NCBI GenBank assembly: GCA_022340405.1
Contig: JAJDOA010000273.1
Location: 1 to 42,226 of the forward strand
Length of the DNA stretch: 42,226 bases
Origin: Desulfobacteraceae bacterium
GTDB lineage: Bacteria > Desulfobacterota > Desulfobacteria > Desulfobacterales > JAJDOA01
Reading direction: 5' to 3'
Shown here: positions 17,258 to 26,601 of the stretch, piece by piece
Position numbering within the stretch: position 1 is the first letter of the stretch
Layout of the letters: each line of letters starts with the position of its first letter
Translations under genes and position numbers: made by a program
Notes under the pieces: model-generated
Told to the model about the DNA's origin: nothing
Database searches by the model: none
The model's input: only the letters and a program-made list of their open reading frames with translations

Positions 17258-18070
17258 TCAGGGTTTTTTGTTTTTTGCGGAAGCGTCCGGTGGTTGCGAA
17301 AGAACGAAAACCGAGTCATCCACTTTCGCTTCCTGCCAGAACCTTTCGACCTCGAGTCGGAATCGATCGGAATTCGGAGCAGTGACGGACAGTGCGCGGA
17401 AATTTCCCCCGCCCGGAGGCGAATGCTGTCCGTCGAATGTCACACGATAGCGCAATCGACCGAAAAAATCGAAGTATTCAGCGGCTCCCACACGCTTTTC
17501 CCCTGGCTCGAAAAAAAGCTTTTGGGATACCGTACCGAGCCATCGTTTCGCCACCAGCTGCGCCGGATACCGTGAAGCGTCGTCCGGCTGGGGCTGCAGA
17601 AGCGTGAAACGCCCAGGGCTGGACGGCAACCCCCCTCCCAGCAGTCGGAACAGATCCCCGGGCCGGATGTCCACACCGAAGATGTCGGAAAGGTCCACGG
17701 CGTTCCGGGAATGCTGCGTAAGGCGGGGCGGATTTCGGGACCGAAAATAGAAGGTTTTCTCGTCCATGGCGACACTGGCGGAAGAAAACCCCGGCAAGCC
17801 GAATACTTCGACTCTCAGCTTCTCAGGCTGCTTACCCGCCCATGCGATCCGCGCCTTTTGGTCTCGATTTCCCCGATGAATGGAAAGGGTCCCGGTTCCC
17901 TTGAACGATGCAGGCACCGCATGGGCCTTATCCGCCACGGATAGAAGGGATGCCAGCCGGATTGCCTCCGCCTCCGCAGTCGAGGGTTGGATCTTTGCCG
18001 GAGGCGGTACCGTCGCACAACCGATCAGCCACATCAGAGCGGCCAGGGCAAGGATCCATCTCCCCATCAC
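17258..18070 (-). CDS. Lipoprotein, LolB/DUF4292-like (tentative)
   Basis: Signal peptide with lipobox LIGC. The body pattern FKGTGTLSIHRGNRDQKARIAWAG..PEKLRVEVFG resembles LolA/LolB-fold lipoproteins. The GTG (18070) or ATG (18067) start overlaps the stop of the upstream TPR gene. Confidence 0.6.
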   Translation of the reverse strand: MMGRWILALAALMWLIGCATVPPPAKIQPSTAEAEAIRLASLLSVADKAHAVPASFKGTGTLSIHRGNRDQKARIAWAGKQPEKLRVEVFGLPGFSSASVAMDEKTFYFRSRNPPRLTQHSRNAVDLSDIFGVDIRPGDLFRLLGGGLPSSPGRFTLLQPQPDDASRYPAQLVAKRWLGTVSQKLFFEPGEKRVGAAEYFDFFGRLRYRVTFDGQHSPPGGGNFRALSVTAPNSDRFRLEVERFWQEAKVDDSVFVLSQPPDASAKNKKP

Positions 18071-19980
18071 GGCGTTTCCTCGGTCAGGGATCGGATCTTT
18101 TCCTCGATCCCGGAGGTATCCCCATCCTGTGCATCCTCAGACTTTCGGTAGTACTCTAATGCCCTGTCCCGGTTGCCCAACTTGAGGTACACATCTCCCA
18201 AATGCTCCAGGATGACCGGATCGTCCGGAACGAGCTCGACGGCTTTCTGGATGACTTCCAGGGCCTTCCGGTACTCCCCCCTTTTGTAGAAAACCCATCC
18301 GAGGCTGTCGGTGATGTAGCCGTCGTCGGGGCGCTTCTTCAGGGCCCTGCGAATCAAACGCTCGGCCTCGTCCAATCGAACGCCCATGTCCGCGTAGGTG
18401 TAACCGAGATAATTGAGCGCATTGGCATGCTCGGGATCCAGCTGAATCACGGTTTTCATGGACGAGATGCTCTCCTGCTTACGGCCCTGTTTGTCGTAAA
18501 CGACTCCCAGCCGAAAGTGCACTTTTGGATTTTCGGGATCCATCTGAACGGCTTTTTGGAGCAATGCCTCGGCCTTCTCGTAAGCTTTTACTTCTTCGTA
18601 GAAAGAGGCCAGATACAGCTTGAACTCCACGTTTTCCGGCTTCGCCTCGACGGCCCTCTCCATGTGCTCGATCGCTTCGTCCAGCGCGTCCCGCTGTTGC
18701 AGGATATAAGCGATGTTGATAGTGGCGTTTTCGTAGAATTCAGACTGGACGCCCACGGCCCTGAAATGACGCAGGGCCTCCGCCTTGCGGTCCAGCTCGT
18801 TCAATGTCAATCCCAGCACGTAGTGGAGATCCGGAGAGTCGGGCGCCTCTTTCAGCATCTCCTGGAGCATGAGCTCTGTTTCGGAGAAGGCGTTCTGTTC
18901 GAAATATTGCCGTACCACCGTCGACAGGACGGCGTTTTCCGTCAGGCTCCTCTGGCCGAGTTGGCGGAAAATCGCTTCGGCTTCGTTCCGTCTCCCCTGT
19001 TGCCAGTGCCACAGACCCAGCTCTATGGAGGCCTGAACGTTTCCCGGGCGAAGGGACAAGATCTCCTGGTAGGTTTCGACAATGCGGCGGTCCAATATCT
19101 GCTCCACCGATTCAGGCCCCATGAACTTCGACCAGGGCATCCGGATCACCTGCCCGGCTTGGACGCTGCCCAGATCTCGGAGATTCGGATTCGCCCTCCG
19201 AATACCGGCGATCACTTCCGCATCAAAGCGACCGTAAATCCGCTCTGCTATGTCGCTGACCGTCATCCCGGCCTTTACCGTGATGGACTGGTAGCCGTAC
19301 CCCTCCGACCGATAGAGCCGAACCAGTTCGAAACGCGGCTCCACCAGTTCGGGTTCCAGCTGCAGCGCCTTGCGCAGGGCCTTCTCGGCACCGGGATACT
19401 GGCCCTTCTCCCGGTGCAGTTTGCCGATGAAGAAATGACCCACGAAGGAGGCGGGATAGCGTTGTACCAACTGGCGATAGACACGGAAGGCATTGTTCCG
19501 GTCCCCCCGCGTCTGGTAGAGACGGCCCAGCAGAAGATAGTCTCTTTCCTCGCCGGCACCCAAAGCAATGACTTTTTCATAAGCCGCCATGGCTGGATCG
19601 ATGCGGTCCATCTCTTGGAGGATCTGTGCGTAGAGGCGGAGAGCATCGGTGTCTTCGGGCTCCACGGAGAGGATTTCCTCGAGAATCTGCAGCGCCTGAT
19701 CGGTCTCCTTTTTCTGCCGGTACAGTTGGGCCAGTTCCCATTTCAGATACAGGGAATTCGCGTCTTTTTCCAACGCGCGGCGCAGGGAGTGCATCGATGC
19801 CTCCGTTTCCCCATTCAGACGCTCCATCTGACTCTCGGCGAAAAAGTAGTAGGCATTGGGCGATTCCGGTGCCGCACCTGCCGGCAACGGAGGCGGTGCA
19901 TGCCGCTTCCCGGCGCAGGCGAACAGACCGATTGCCAAAAAAGCCCAGAGGACCCTACAGAAGGGTGCCATTCGTTTCAT
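18067..19980 (-). CDS. TPR-repeat lipoprotein with an embedded LysM-like domain
   Basis: MKRMAPFCRVLWAFLAIGLFAC provides a lipobox (LFAC). Numerous TPR-like units run throughout. ITVKAGMTVSDIAERIYG...NPNLRDLGSVQAGQVIRMP matches the LysM pattern. The start was set at ATG 19980; the ORF extends to 20037. Confidence 0.8.
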   Translation of the reverse strand: MKRMAPFCRVLWAFLAIGLFACAGKRHAPPPLPAGAAPESPNAYYFFAESQMERLNGETEASMHSLRRALEKDANSLYLKWELAQLYRQKKETDQALQILEEILSVEPEDTDALRLYAQILQEMDRIDPAMAAYEKVIALGAGEERDYLLLGRLYQTRGDRNNAFRVYRQLVQRYPASFVGHFFIGKLHREKGQYPGAEKALRKALQLEPELVEPRFELVRLYRSEGYGYQSITVKAGMTVSDIAERIYGRFDAEVIAGIRRANPNLRDLGSVQAGQVIRMPWSKFMGPESVEQILDRRIVETYQEILSLRPGNVQASIELGLWHWQQGRRNEAEAIFRQLGQRSLTENAVLSTVVRQYFEQNAFSETELMLQEMLKEAPDSPDLHYVLGLTLNELDRKAEALRHFRAVGVQSEFYENATINIAYILQQRDALDEAIEHMERAVEAKPENVEFKLYLASFYEEVKAYEKAEALLQKAVQMDPENPKVHFRLGVVYDKQGRKQESISSMKTVIQLDPEHANALNYLGYTYADMGVRLDEAERLIRRALKKRPDDGYITDSLGWVFYKRGEYRKALEVIQKAVELVPDDPVILEHLGDVYLKLGNRDRALEYYRKSEDAQDGDTSGIEEKIRSLTEETP

Positions 19981-20166
19981 AGGGGGAACGTTCCTGTATT
20001 GCGATCCGGTGTGCTCCATACCGCACGGCTGTGACATGGGAAGCTCGCGCTTTCATCGTGTGGCCCGGGGTCCGGTTCGATGGCACGATGCGTTTCCAGA
20101 GGTGTCGGCCGGTGAAGCACCGGAAGGCGGAACGGAAGCGAAGCTTCCTGGCTGCGGAAAGAGGCG

Positions 20167-21147
20167 TCAGCCAGATTCACTTCCATCGGTGTAGGAGGCA
20201 AAGTCCGGGATTTCCTTTTTGAAATATTCTCTCATCTTCTTGATGATGTTTTTCTCGATCTGCCGGACGCGCTCCCTGGATATCCCGTAGCGGTCTCCGA
20301 TCTCCTGCAGCGTCGAAGGCGAATCGGAAAAGATACGGGAATCGAAAATCTCCAACTCTCTCGGGGTCATGTTGCGGCGAAAATCGGCGATCTTCTCGTG
20401 CAGCAGCGCATCCATCTCCTTCTTGGCCACGCGGTCTTCCACCGAGGCGTGATCCGAGCTGAGAAATTCGATGCGCTCGGTGTCCGAGTCCTCTTTCAAA
20501 GGAGCATCCAGGGATACATCCCAGTTGTCCAGTCGCTGGTCCATGTCGACAATCTCTTTTTCCGACACCCCCAGACGTTCGGAGAGCAGCCGCGGTTTGG
20601 GATCGAAACCCTGATCGATCAAACGCTGCTTTTCCTTTTTCAGTTTGAAAAACAGTTTCCGCTGCCCCTGGGTGGTTCCGATTTTGACCAGGCGCCAGTT
20701 GTCCATGATGAATTTCAGGATGTAAGCCTTGATCCAGAATGAGGCATAGTAGGAAAACTTGACATTCTTGTACGGGTCGAACTTGCGCACCGCCTGCATC
20801 AGGCCGATATTGCCCTCCTGAATGAGGTCCAACAGGTTCTGCATCCAGATGCGCTGGAATTCCAGCGCGATCTTGACCACTAGCCGGAGATTGGAGGTCA
20901 CCAGAATGTAGGCCGCTTCCGAGTCGCCATTCTCCTGGATACGCTCACCCAGGATCTTTTCCTCATCCCGTGTCAGGAGACGAAAGCGGCTGATCTCCTG
21001 CAAGTACCGTTGCAGCGGATCGTACTTGACCAGCGCCTTGTCCGAACCACCCGTGGTTTTTGTCTGGAAATCCTTTCTGGACAGAGGTTTGATCTTCTTT
21101 TTGGGAGTTTTCGACTCCTTTTGGGCCACTTTTTTTTTCTTTGCCAT
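20167..21147 (-). CDS. rpoH: RpoH-like (sigma-32 family) RNA polymerase sigma factor with Lys-rich N-terminal extension
   Basis: Region 2 is LRLVVKIALEF...DLIQEGNIGLMQAVRKFDP. QRKLFFKLKKEKQRL matches the RpoH box. Region 4 is TLQEIGDRYGISRERVRQIE. Confidence 0.85.
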   Translation of the reverse strand: MAKKKKVAQKESKTPKKKIKPLSRKDFQTKTTGGSDKALVKYDPLQRYLQEISRFRLLTRDEEKILGERIQENGDSEAAYILVTSNLRLVVKIALEFQRIWMQNLLDLIQEGNIGLMQAVRKFDPYKNVKFSYYASFWIKAYILKFIMDNWRLVKIGTTQGQRKLFFKLKKEKQRLIDQGFDPKPRLLSERLGVSEKEIVDMDQRLDNWDVSLDAPLKEDSDTERIEFLSSDHASVEDRVAKKEMDALLHEKIADFRRNMTPRELEIFDSRIFSDSPSTLQEIGDRYGISRERVRQIEKNIIKKMREYFKKEIPDFASYTDGSESG

Positions 21148-21247
21148 AGCCTTGTGTTCGCCTCGATTCTAAGGGTTCCTGGCGGAATGCGTTTTCTGTG
21201 GACAACCCCGGGGGCTTGTGGTATGCGAGCACCTACCTTACCGAAAG

Positions 21248-21324
<77 letters not shown>

Positions 21325-21335
21325 AATCCGCCCGC

Positions 21336-21362
21336 AAAGGGCTTGCTCGGCGCAAGTCCTTT
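21336..21362 (+). terminator. Hairpin immediately downstream of tRNA-Arg (terminator-like, weak U-tract)
   Basis: AAAGGGCTTGC-tcggc-GCAAGTCCTTT: an 11-bp stem with one G-U pair and a 5-nt loop. It is followed only by a short T-containing stretch. Confidence 0.3.
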
Positions 21363-21543
21363 CCGGAAACGATGATCCTTAAGTTTTCTTCATTCTTAAA
21401 CAATTCGTACTCAAATTGCAAGCGCATTTGCCCTCTGTGCAGACAGCGGCAAATTCCCCTTGGGACGATTCGCCTTGCCGGCCTCGTGAGGGAAAGGGCA
21501 ACGAAAACTTCCGCTGTCGTGTCCCCGGATGGCTCCCGGGGTT

Positions 21544-23709
21544 TCACCTCTCCGACCGGGTGACTCTCCGGATGAAATGGTGAATCGCCTGGTGCACCGT
21601 ATGGGCTTCCTCACCCAGCAAAATACCGTGTCGCTGAAAATTGACGAACAGTAGAGATTTGTTTTCCGATTCCAGCCGGTCGAACACCTTTCGGGCGCCG
21701 CCGGGTTGCACCACGGGATCCCTGTCGGATTGGATTACTAGGGCGGGGACATGGATGGACGGCAGGACTTCGGCGACGGCGTCCATGAGCCTTTCCAACT
21801 CATGGATGCCGCTGACGGGATTGCGCGTGTAGTTGATGTGCGGGTTTTCCGGTTCATTGGCCACAAACTCCAGCATGGCTCCCCTCCACCGCACCCTTTC
21901 CATGAGTCGATTCCAGGTGTCCACCGCCGGTGCAAAGCGGGCGGAAAAATCCTGCAGACGCAGCGGCGGCGCCACTGCGAACACACCGGAGAGCCCCTTG
22001 ACTCTAGCAGCGAGCTCCAGAGCCAGCCCTGCTCCCGTCGAAAACCCGCCCACCACCACTTCCTTGCAGGTCCCGGAGATCACGGCATAGGCACGATTGA
22101 CCGAATCGATCCAGTCATTGTGTGTGCGCAAGGCCAAATCCTCCGGCGAGGTACCGTGGCCCCGCAACCGCGGGACGTACACCCAAAGACCCCGGGCTCC
22201 CAGGTAGTCCGCCAGGTCTTTTAGTTCGTAAGGGGCGGCCATGTATCCGTGGACGAGAACCACGCCGATCCGGTCCCGGCCTCCGCGCAGAAAATAGGGA
22301 CGGCCGACGCGCTTTGCCCTGCTTTGCCCGTCTCGATGGTAGGCGGCATAGTCGTCATCGAAGCATTTCAGGTCCTGCCGGAGCAGTTTCCAGGCGATCC
22401 TGCGTCGAAGCCAGAAGTCCGGGATCCAGGCCAGGTGCCGTATGGCCCGCTCCAGTGCCTGCAGGGGCTCCACTTCGTTTGCGATCACGGCCACCGGGTT
22501 TTCCATCCGCGCCCGGTCGAAATGGAAAAGGCCGTCGAACTTGGCGTTGTTCCGCACCCAGTCCGACCCCTCCCGCGCAGCGATCCGGGTTTGCAGGGCC
22601 AGGCGCTCGAAATCCCTGTACTTGCCGTATCGGTCGTCGACGATGAGATGCAGCTGGTCCGTGCGCAGGCTGTCGTGGCAGAATACCCCCAAACGCTCCA
22701 AATCCATGACTGCGGCGGCGTACACCTTTCTACGAAACGCCATTTCATCGATGCGGTTCAGCGGCATTTTTTTGAAGACGACGGCGAACAGGTGATCGTG
22801 GTTCACGGTGGTCATCCGATAGATATCCGTCATGTACCGCCGCATCAATAGCAGCGCTTCCTTCCGCATCCGCGGAAGAGAGGAGAGCGCGTCGTTGAAG
22901 TCGATTCGGCTTTTCCGGGTGATATCGGCGCGGATGGTCCGGTGACGCAGATGGGACACCACCGGAATCGGTTTGCCGAAGCGGATGTCCATATCCACGC
23001 CGCTGAGCAGCATCGTTCCTTCGGTCATGATCTCGTCGATGGCGCGGTCGGGGATATCTTCGACCAATATCGATGCCAATTGGCTGAGGACGTTCTCCCG
23101 GGCTCGAATGGGGTAGTAGGTGATGTTCACGGGAACGATATGAGTGGACCGCCCGGAGAGAATTTCGAGAGATTCGATCTGAAAACGGTGCTGCAGGCGC
23201 TCGGCCTCCTCCGGCATCTCCTTCCATAAGTGAAGCAGCCGCTGGCGATAGAATTCGGTTCGTATGGCCAGCGTCGCAGCCCCTGTGTGCGGGGGGTGTT
23301 TGCCGCCGGCGTAGGAGACCATGAAGCGACCGTTTTCCAGGATCTTCTTGTTTTTCACCATGCGGCCTTCGGGAAAAATGATCCAGTGGGCCTCTCCGGT
23401 GAGCAGGGTTTTTACGATGAGCCGATCCCTGTCCGGATTCTGCGTACTGAGGGCACCGACCTGCTCCAGGAAAGCGCCGAAAGCGCCGACGAAAAGACCG
23501 GCATCGGCCAATGACCAGACCTGGTGTTGCGTCAGATGGTGAATGTGATAGGGGAGCAGCAGGGTTTCGATGCGCGTGAAATGGTTGACGACGAAGACGA
23601 TGGAACCCTCCGGTATGTTCTCCGATCCGTGGATTTGGATGTTGGCCCTGGACAGGCCCGATAGGGTTTTGATGGCAAGACCTGTGGTGCGATAGGCAAA
23701 CGAGTTCAT
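21544..23709 (-). CDS. Fusion protein: N-terminal PlsC/LPLAT-type glycerolipid acyltransferase, ~250-aa middle region, C-terminal alpha/beta-hydrolase (esterase/lysophospholipase-like)
   Basis: The N-terminus has VVNHFTRIE (an HX4D/E-type motif) and IIFPEGRM (FPEG block). The C-terminus has VVLVHGYMAAP, the nucleophile elbow GGFSTGAG (GxSxG), and late DRDPVV and RHGIL residues consistent with a Ser-Asp-His triad. Confidence 0.85.
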   Translation of the reverse strand: MNSFAYRTTGLAIKTLSGLSRANIQIHGSENIPEGSIVFVVNHFTRIETLLLPYHIHHLTQHQVWSLADAGLFVGAFGAFLEQVGALSTQNPDRDRLIVKTLLTGEAHWIIFPEGRMVKNKKILENGRFMVSYAGGKHPPHTGAATLAIRTEFYRQRLLHLWKEMPEEAERLQHRFQIESLEILSGRSTHIVPVNITYYPIRARENVLSQLASILVEDIPDRAIDEIMTEGTMLLSGVDMDIRFGKPIPVVSHLRHRTIRADITRKSRIDFNDALSSLPRMRKEALLLMRRYMTDIYRMTTVNHDHLFAVVFKKMPLNRIDEMAFRRKVYAAAVMDLERLGVFCHDSLRTDQLHLIVDDRYGKYRDFERLALQTRIAAREGSDWVRNNAKFDGLFHFDRARMENPVAVIANEVEPLQALERAIRHLAWIPDFWLRRRIAWKLLRQDLKCFDDDYAAYHRDGQSRAKRVGRPYFLRGGRDRIGVVLVHGYMAAPYELKDLADYLGARGLWVYVPRLRGHGTSPEDLALRTHNDWIDSVNRAYAVISGTCKEVVVGGFSTGAGLALELAARVKGLSGVFAVAPPLRLQDFSARFAPAVDTWNRLMERVRWRGAMLEFVANEPENPHINYTRNPVSGIHELERLMDAVAEVLPSIHVPALVIQSDRDPVVQPGGARKVFDRLESENKSLLFVNFQRHGILLGEEAHTVHQAIHHFIRRVTRSER

Positions 23710-23907
23710 ATCGCCTTATCTAACCGAAATTGTAAAAGAAGTAAAGAAATCCGATACGGGGCCAAGAGAGCGGTTCGCCAACCCGGAGGCAATGCCGTCT
23801 CCGGACGGCCATGGATGCCGACGGTCGCTTGGGTTTGCCTAACAGGCCCGCAAAAGGATCCGCCTTCCGAATTGCGTCGGGAACAAGGCCGCCGACGGCC
23901 GATCCGG

Positions 23908-23936
23908 TTGACAGCCCCGTCGAATGCCGTTAGTTT
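23908..23936 (+). promoter_or_regulatory. Putative sigma70-type promoter for mnmA-mtaB (TTGACA-17 nt-TAGTTT)
   Basis: TTGACAgccccgtcgaatgccgtTAGTTT, 37 nt upstream of the mnmA ATG. A GAGGAGAGGG ribosome-binding site follows. Confidence 0.3.
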
Positions 23937-23972
23937 TCGCTTTCCATTGCCACAGAGGAGAGGGCGAAATCG

Positions 23973-25046
23973 ATGCCTCGCCGGATCGCCGTTGCCGTAA
24001 GCGGCGGAGTGGATTCCCTCACCGCCGCCTTTTTATTGAAGCGCCAGGGATGGGACGTGGTGGGTATTCACTTTCTCAGCGGATACCCCAAGCCGGCGCG
24101 GTCCACCTCCGGTGCGGCGCCATCGAGCCTCGGGGCCACCGATCGACTCGTGAAAATGGGCGATGTCCTGGGCTTCCCCGTCCATGTCATCGACTGCCGG
24201 AAGCTCTTCCAGAAGCGGGTGGTGGACTACTTCGTCCGGTCTTACCGGAGGGGCCGAACGCCCAATCCCTGCATGGTCTGCAATCCGGTGGTCAAATTCG
24301 GTCGGTTGCTCTCTGCTGCCCGGGGACTCGGTGCCGAGCGGCTGGCCACAGGTCATTACGCGCGCTCGCTACGGGATGGGAAAGGCTGGGTTCATCTCCA
24401 CAGAGGCAAGGACCCCGCAAAGGAGCAATCCTACTTCCTCGGATTTCTCACACAGCGGCAGTTGCAGAGGGCGGAGTTTCCGCTGGGCGAGTGGAAGAAA
24501 ACCGACGTGGTCCGACTGGCTGAAGAAAACGGGATCGTTCCCGTCAGCGCTGGAGAGAGCCAGGACGTTTGCTTCATCGCCGGAGGCTCCTGCGGGGATT
24601 TTCTCGCCGCGCAGTCGGGCGACGTGCCGGAGTCCGGTCCCATCGAGGACACGGCTGGCCGAACCATCGGCGTGCACCCGGGGCTGCATCGATTCACCGT
24701 CGGACAACGGAGGGGGATCAACTGCCCGGGCCCGGAACCGTACTACGTGATCCGCCTGGATGCGGAGCGAAACCGGCTGGTGGTTGGTCACCGGGAGGCC
24801 CTTTTTGCCGATGGATGTCCGCTGTCCGGCGTCCGTTGGACTACCAAACCTCCCCTGGGGCCGTTGCGGGTGTGCGTGCGCATCCGATACCGCAGCCGCG
24901 AGGTTCCCGCCACGGTCCTTCCCGCTCGGCACAGCGAGGCATCGCTTCGCTTCGACAGGCCGCAGGCCGCCGTAGCGCCGGGACAGGCCGCCGTTTTCTA
25001 CTGTGGAACCGAAGTGATCGGTGCGGGCTGGATCGAACCGATATGA
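23973..25046 (+). CDS. mnmA: tRNA-specific 2-thiouridylase MnmA
   Basis: The PP-loop IAVAVSGGVDS, catalytic region TPNPCMVCN, ATGHYAR and KDQSYFL-like KEQSYFL are MnmA hallmarks. Confidence 0.9.
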   Translation: MPRRIAVAVSGGVDSLTAAFLLKRQGWDVVGIHFLSGYPKPARSTSGAAPSSLGATDRLVKMGDVLGFPVHVIDCRKLFQKRVVDYFVRSYRRGRTPNPCMVCNPVVKFGRLLSAARGLGAERLATGHYARSLRDGKGWVHLHRGKDPAKEQSYFLGFLTQRQLQRAEFPLGEWKKTDVVRLAEENGIVPVSAGESQDVCFIAGGSCGDFLAAQSGDVPESGPIEDTAGRTIGVHPGLHRFTVGQRRGINCPGPEPYYVIRLDAERNRLVVGHREALFADGCPLSGVRWTTKPPLGPLRVCVRIRYRSREVPATVLPARHSEASLRFDRPQAAVAPGQAAVFYCGTEVIGAGWIEPI

Positions 25047-26374
25047 CCAAAACCTACGTGATCAAAACCCTCGGCTGCAAGGTCAACCGATTCGACTCCG
25101 ACGCCCTTGAAGCCGCATTGGAGAAGCGGGGATGGCGGCGCGCCGACGGAGACGAGCCGGCGGGGTTGTGCATCGTGAACACCTGCACCGTCACCGGAAA
25201 GGGGGCGATGCAGTCCCGGCAGGAGATTCGCCGACTGATACGCCGATTTCCCCAGGCCCGTGTGGTTGTGACCGGATGCCACGCCCAGGTGGCCCCCCAG
25301 GACCTGCGCGCCATCGCCGGTGTGGACGATGTGGTCGGCACGGCTGAAAAAGGGCTTATCCCCGAACGGGTCACGGCGCTGCTGGAAAACAAGACCGTCA
25401 ACCGGTCCGGGAAAAACATAGAGGCCTCCATGGGCCCCGGAAAGGGCTGTTTTGCCGACCCTTCGCTGCCGGTGACCGGAAGGCGCACCCGCCCCGTTGT
25501 CAAAATACAGGACGGATGCGACGCCTTCTGCACCTATTGCATCGTACCCTACGCCCGCGGCAGAAGCCGTAGCTCGACTCCGGAAGACGTTCTGGCGGCC
25601 CTGTTCGGCCTCTCCGAGGCCGGCTACCATGAGGCGGTGCTGTCCGGGATTCATCTGGGCCATTATGGCAGGGATCTGTCTCCACCCACGGATCTGACCG
25701 CGATGATGCGGCAAATCGAGCGACTGCAGCCCATACGGCGCGTGCGGCTCAGTTCCATCGAGCCCAACGAAATCGAAGATGAGATGCTGGAGATCATCGC
25801 CGGTAGCGATCGGTTCTGCCGCCACCTTCATGTTCCACTGCAGAGCGGTAGCGACGACGTGCTGCAAAAAATGGGGCGGCCCTACTCCGCGGCCCTTTTT
25901 TCAGAGAAAGTCGCCGGGATTCATGAAAAAATTCCCGACGCCGCCATCGGAGCGGATGTTCTGATCGGCTTCCCGGGGGAGACCGATGCCGCCTTTTCCG
26001 ACACCTATGATCTGGTGGCATCCCTTCCACTGGCATACCTGCACGTATTCCCCTTCTCGCCCCGACCCGGTACACCCGCAAGTCGCTATCCGGGGCGGGT
26101 GCCGCATGCGGTTGTCCGGGAGAGATGCGGCAGCATGCGGCGTCTCGGTGCCCGAAAACGAGAGCGTTTTCTTGCCCGATGGGTGGGGAAGGAAGTGGAG
26201 GTCCTCGTGGAGTCGAGCCGGGACCGTGAAACCGGAAAATGGAAAGGGATCAGCTCACAATACACGACAGTCCTTCTGGATAGCGATGAGCAACTTTCCA
26301 ACCGTATTCTTCGCGTTCAGGTGGAGGCCGTAGCCGACCCTTGTCGGCTGACGGGATCCGTAAAGGTGCCGTAG
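25043..26374 (+). CDS. mtaB: Radical-SAM methylthiotransferase, MtaB-like (tRNA t6A37 methylthiotransferase)
   Basis: N-terminal UPF0004 domain YVIKTLGCKVNRFDS, radical-SAM cluster CDAFCTYCIVPYARG and a C-terminal TRAM-like segment. ATG 25043 overlaps the mnmA stop (ATGA). The MiaB versus MtaB choice rests on length and the N-terminus only. Confidence 0.8.
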   Translation: MTKTYVIKTLGCKVNRFDSDALEAALEKRGWRRADGDEPAGLCIVNTCTVTGKGAMQSRQEIRRLIRRFPQARVVVTGCHAQVAPQDLRAIAGVDDVVGTAEKGLIPERVTALLENKTVNRSGKNIEASMGPGKGCFADPSLPVTGRRTRPVVKIQDGCDAFCTYCIVPYARGRSRSSTPEDVLAALFGLSEAGYHEAVLSGIHLGHYGRDLSPPTDLTAMMRQIERLQPIRRVRLSSIEPNEIEDEMLEIIAGSDRFCRHLHVPLQSGSDDVLQKMGRPYSAALFSEKVAGIHEKIPDAAIGADVLIGFPGETDAAFSDTYDLVASLPLAYLHVFPFSPRPGTPASRYPGRVPHAVVRERCGSMRRLGARKRERFLARWVGKEVEVLVESSRDRETGKWKGISSQYTTVLLDSDEQLSNRILRVQVEAVADPCRLTGSVKVP

Positions 26375-26601
26375 CAGCGCACGTTGACACCCAGGGGACG
26401 CTGCTCTATGCTTTTTTTGGAGCGTTGGCCAAGGACAGGCTCCGATTGAAACGACTTTATTCATGCTTTTTCTACAGGCGGAGTTGATCCCCGCCAGCGG
26501 GAACGAAGCGAAATTCCGACAATCGCCAAAACCGTAAGCCTTACAAGCGCCGGACGGGTCCCGGAATAGAGGAAAACCCACCGGAACAGGAGAAACGCAT
26601 C

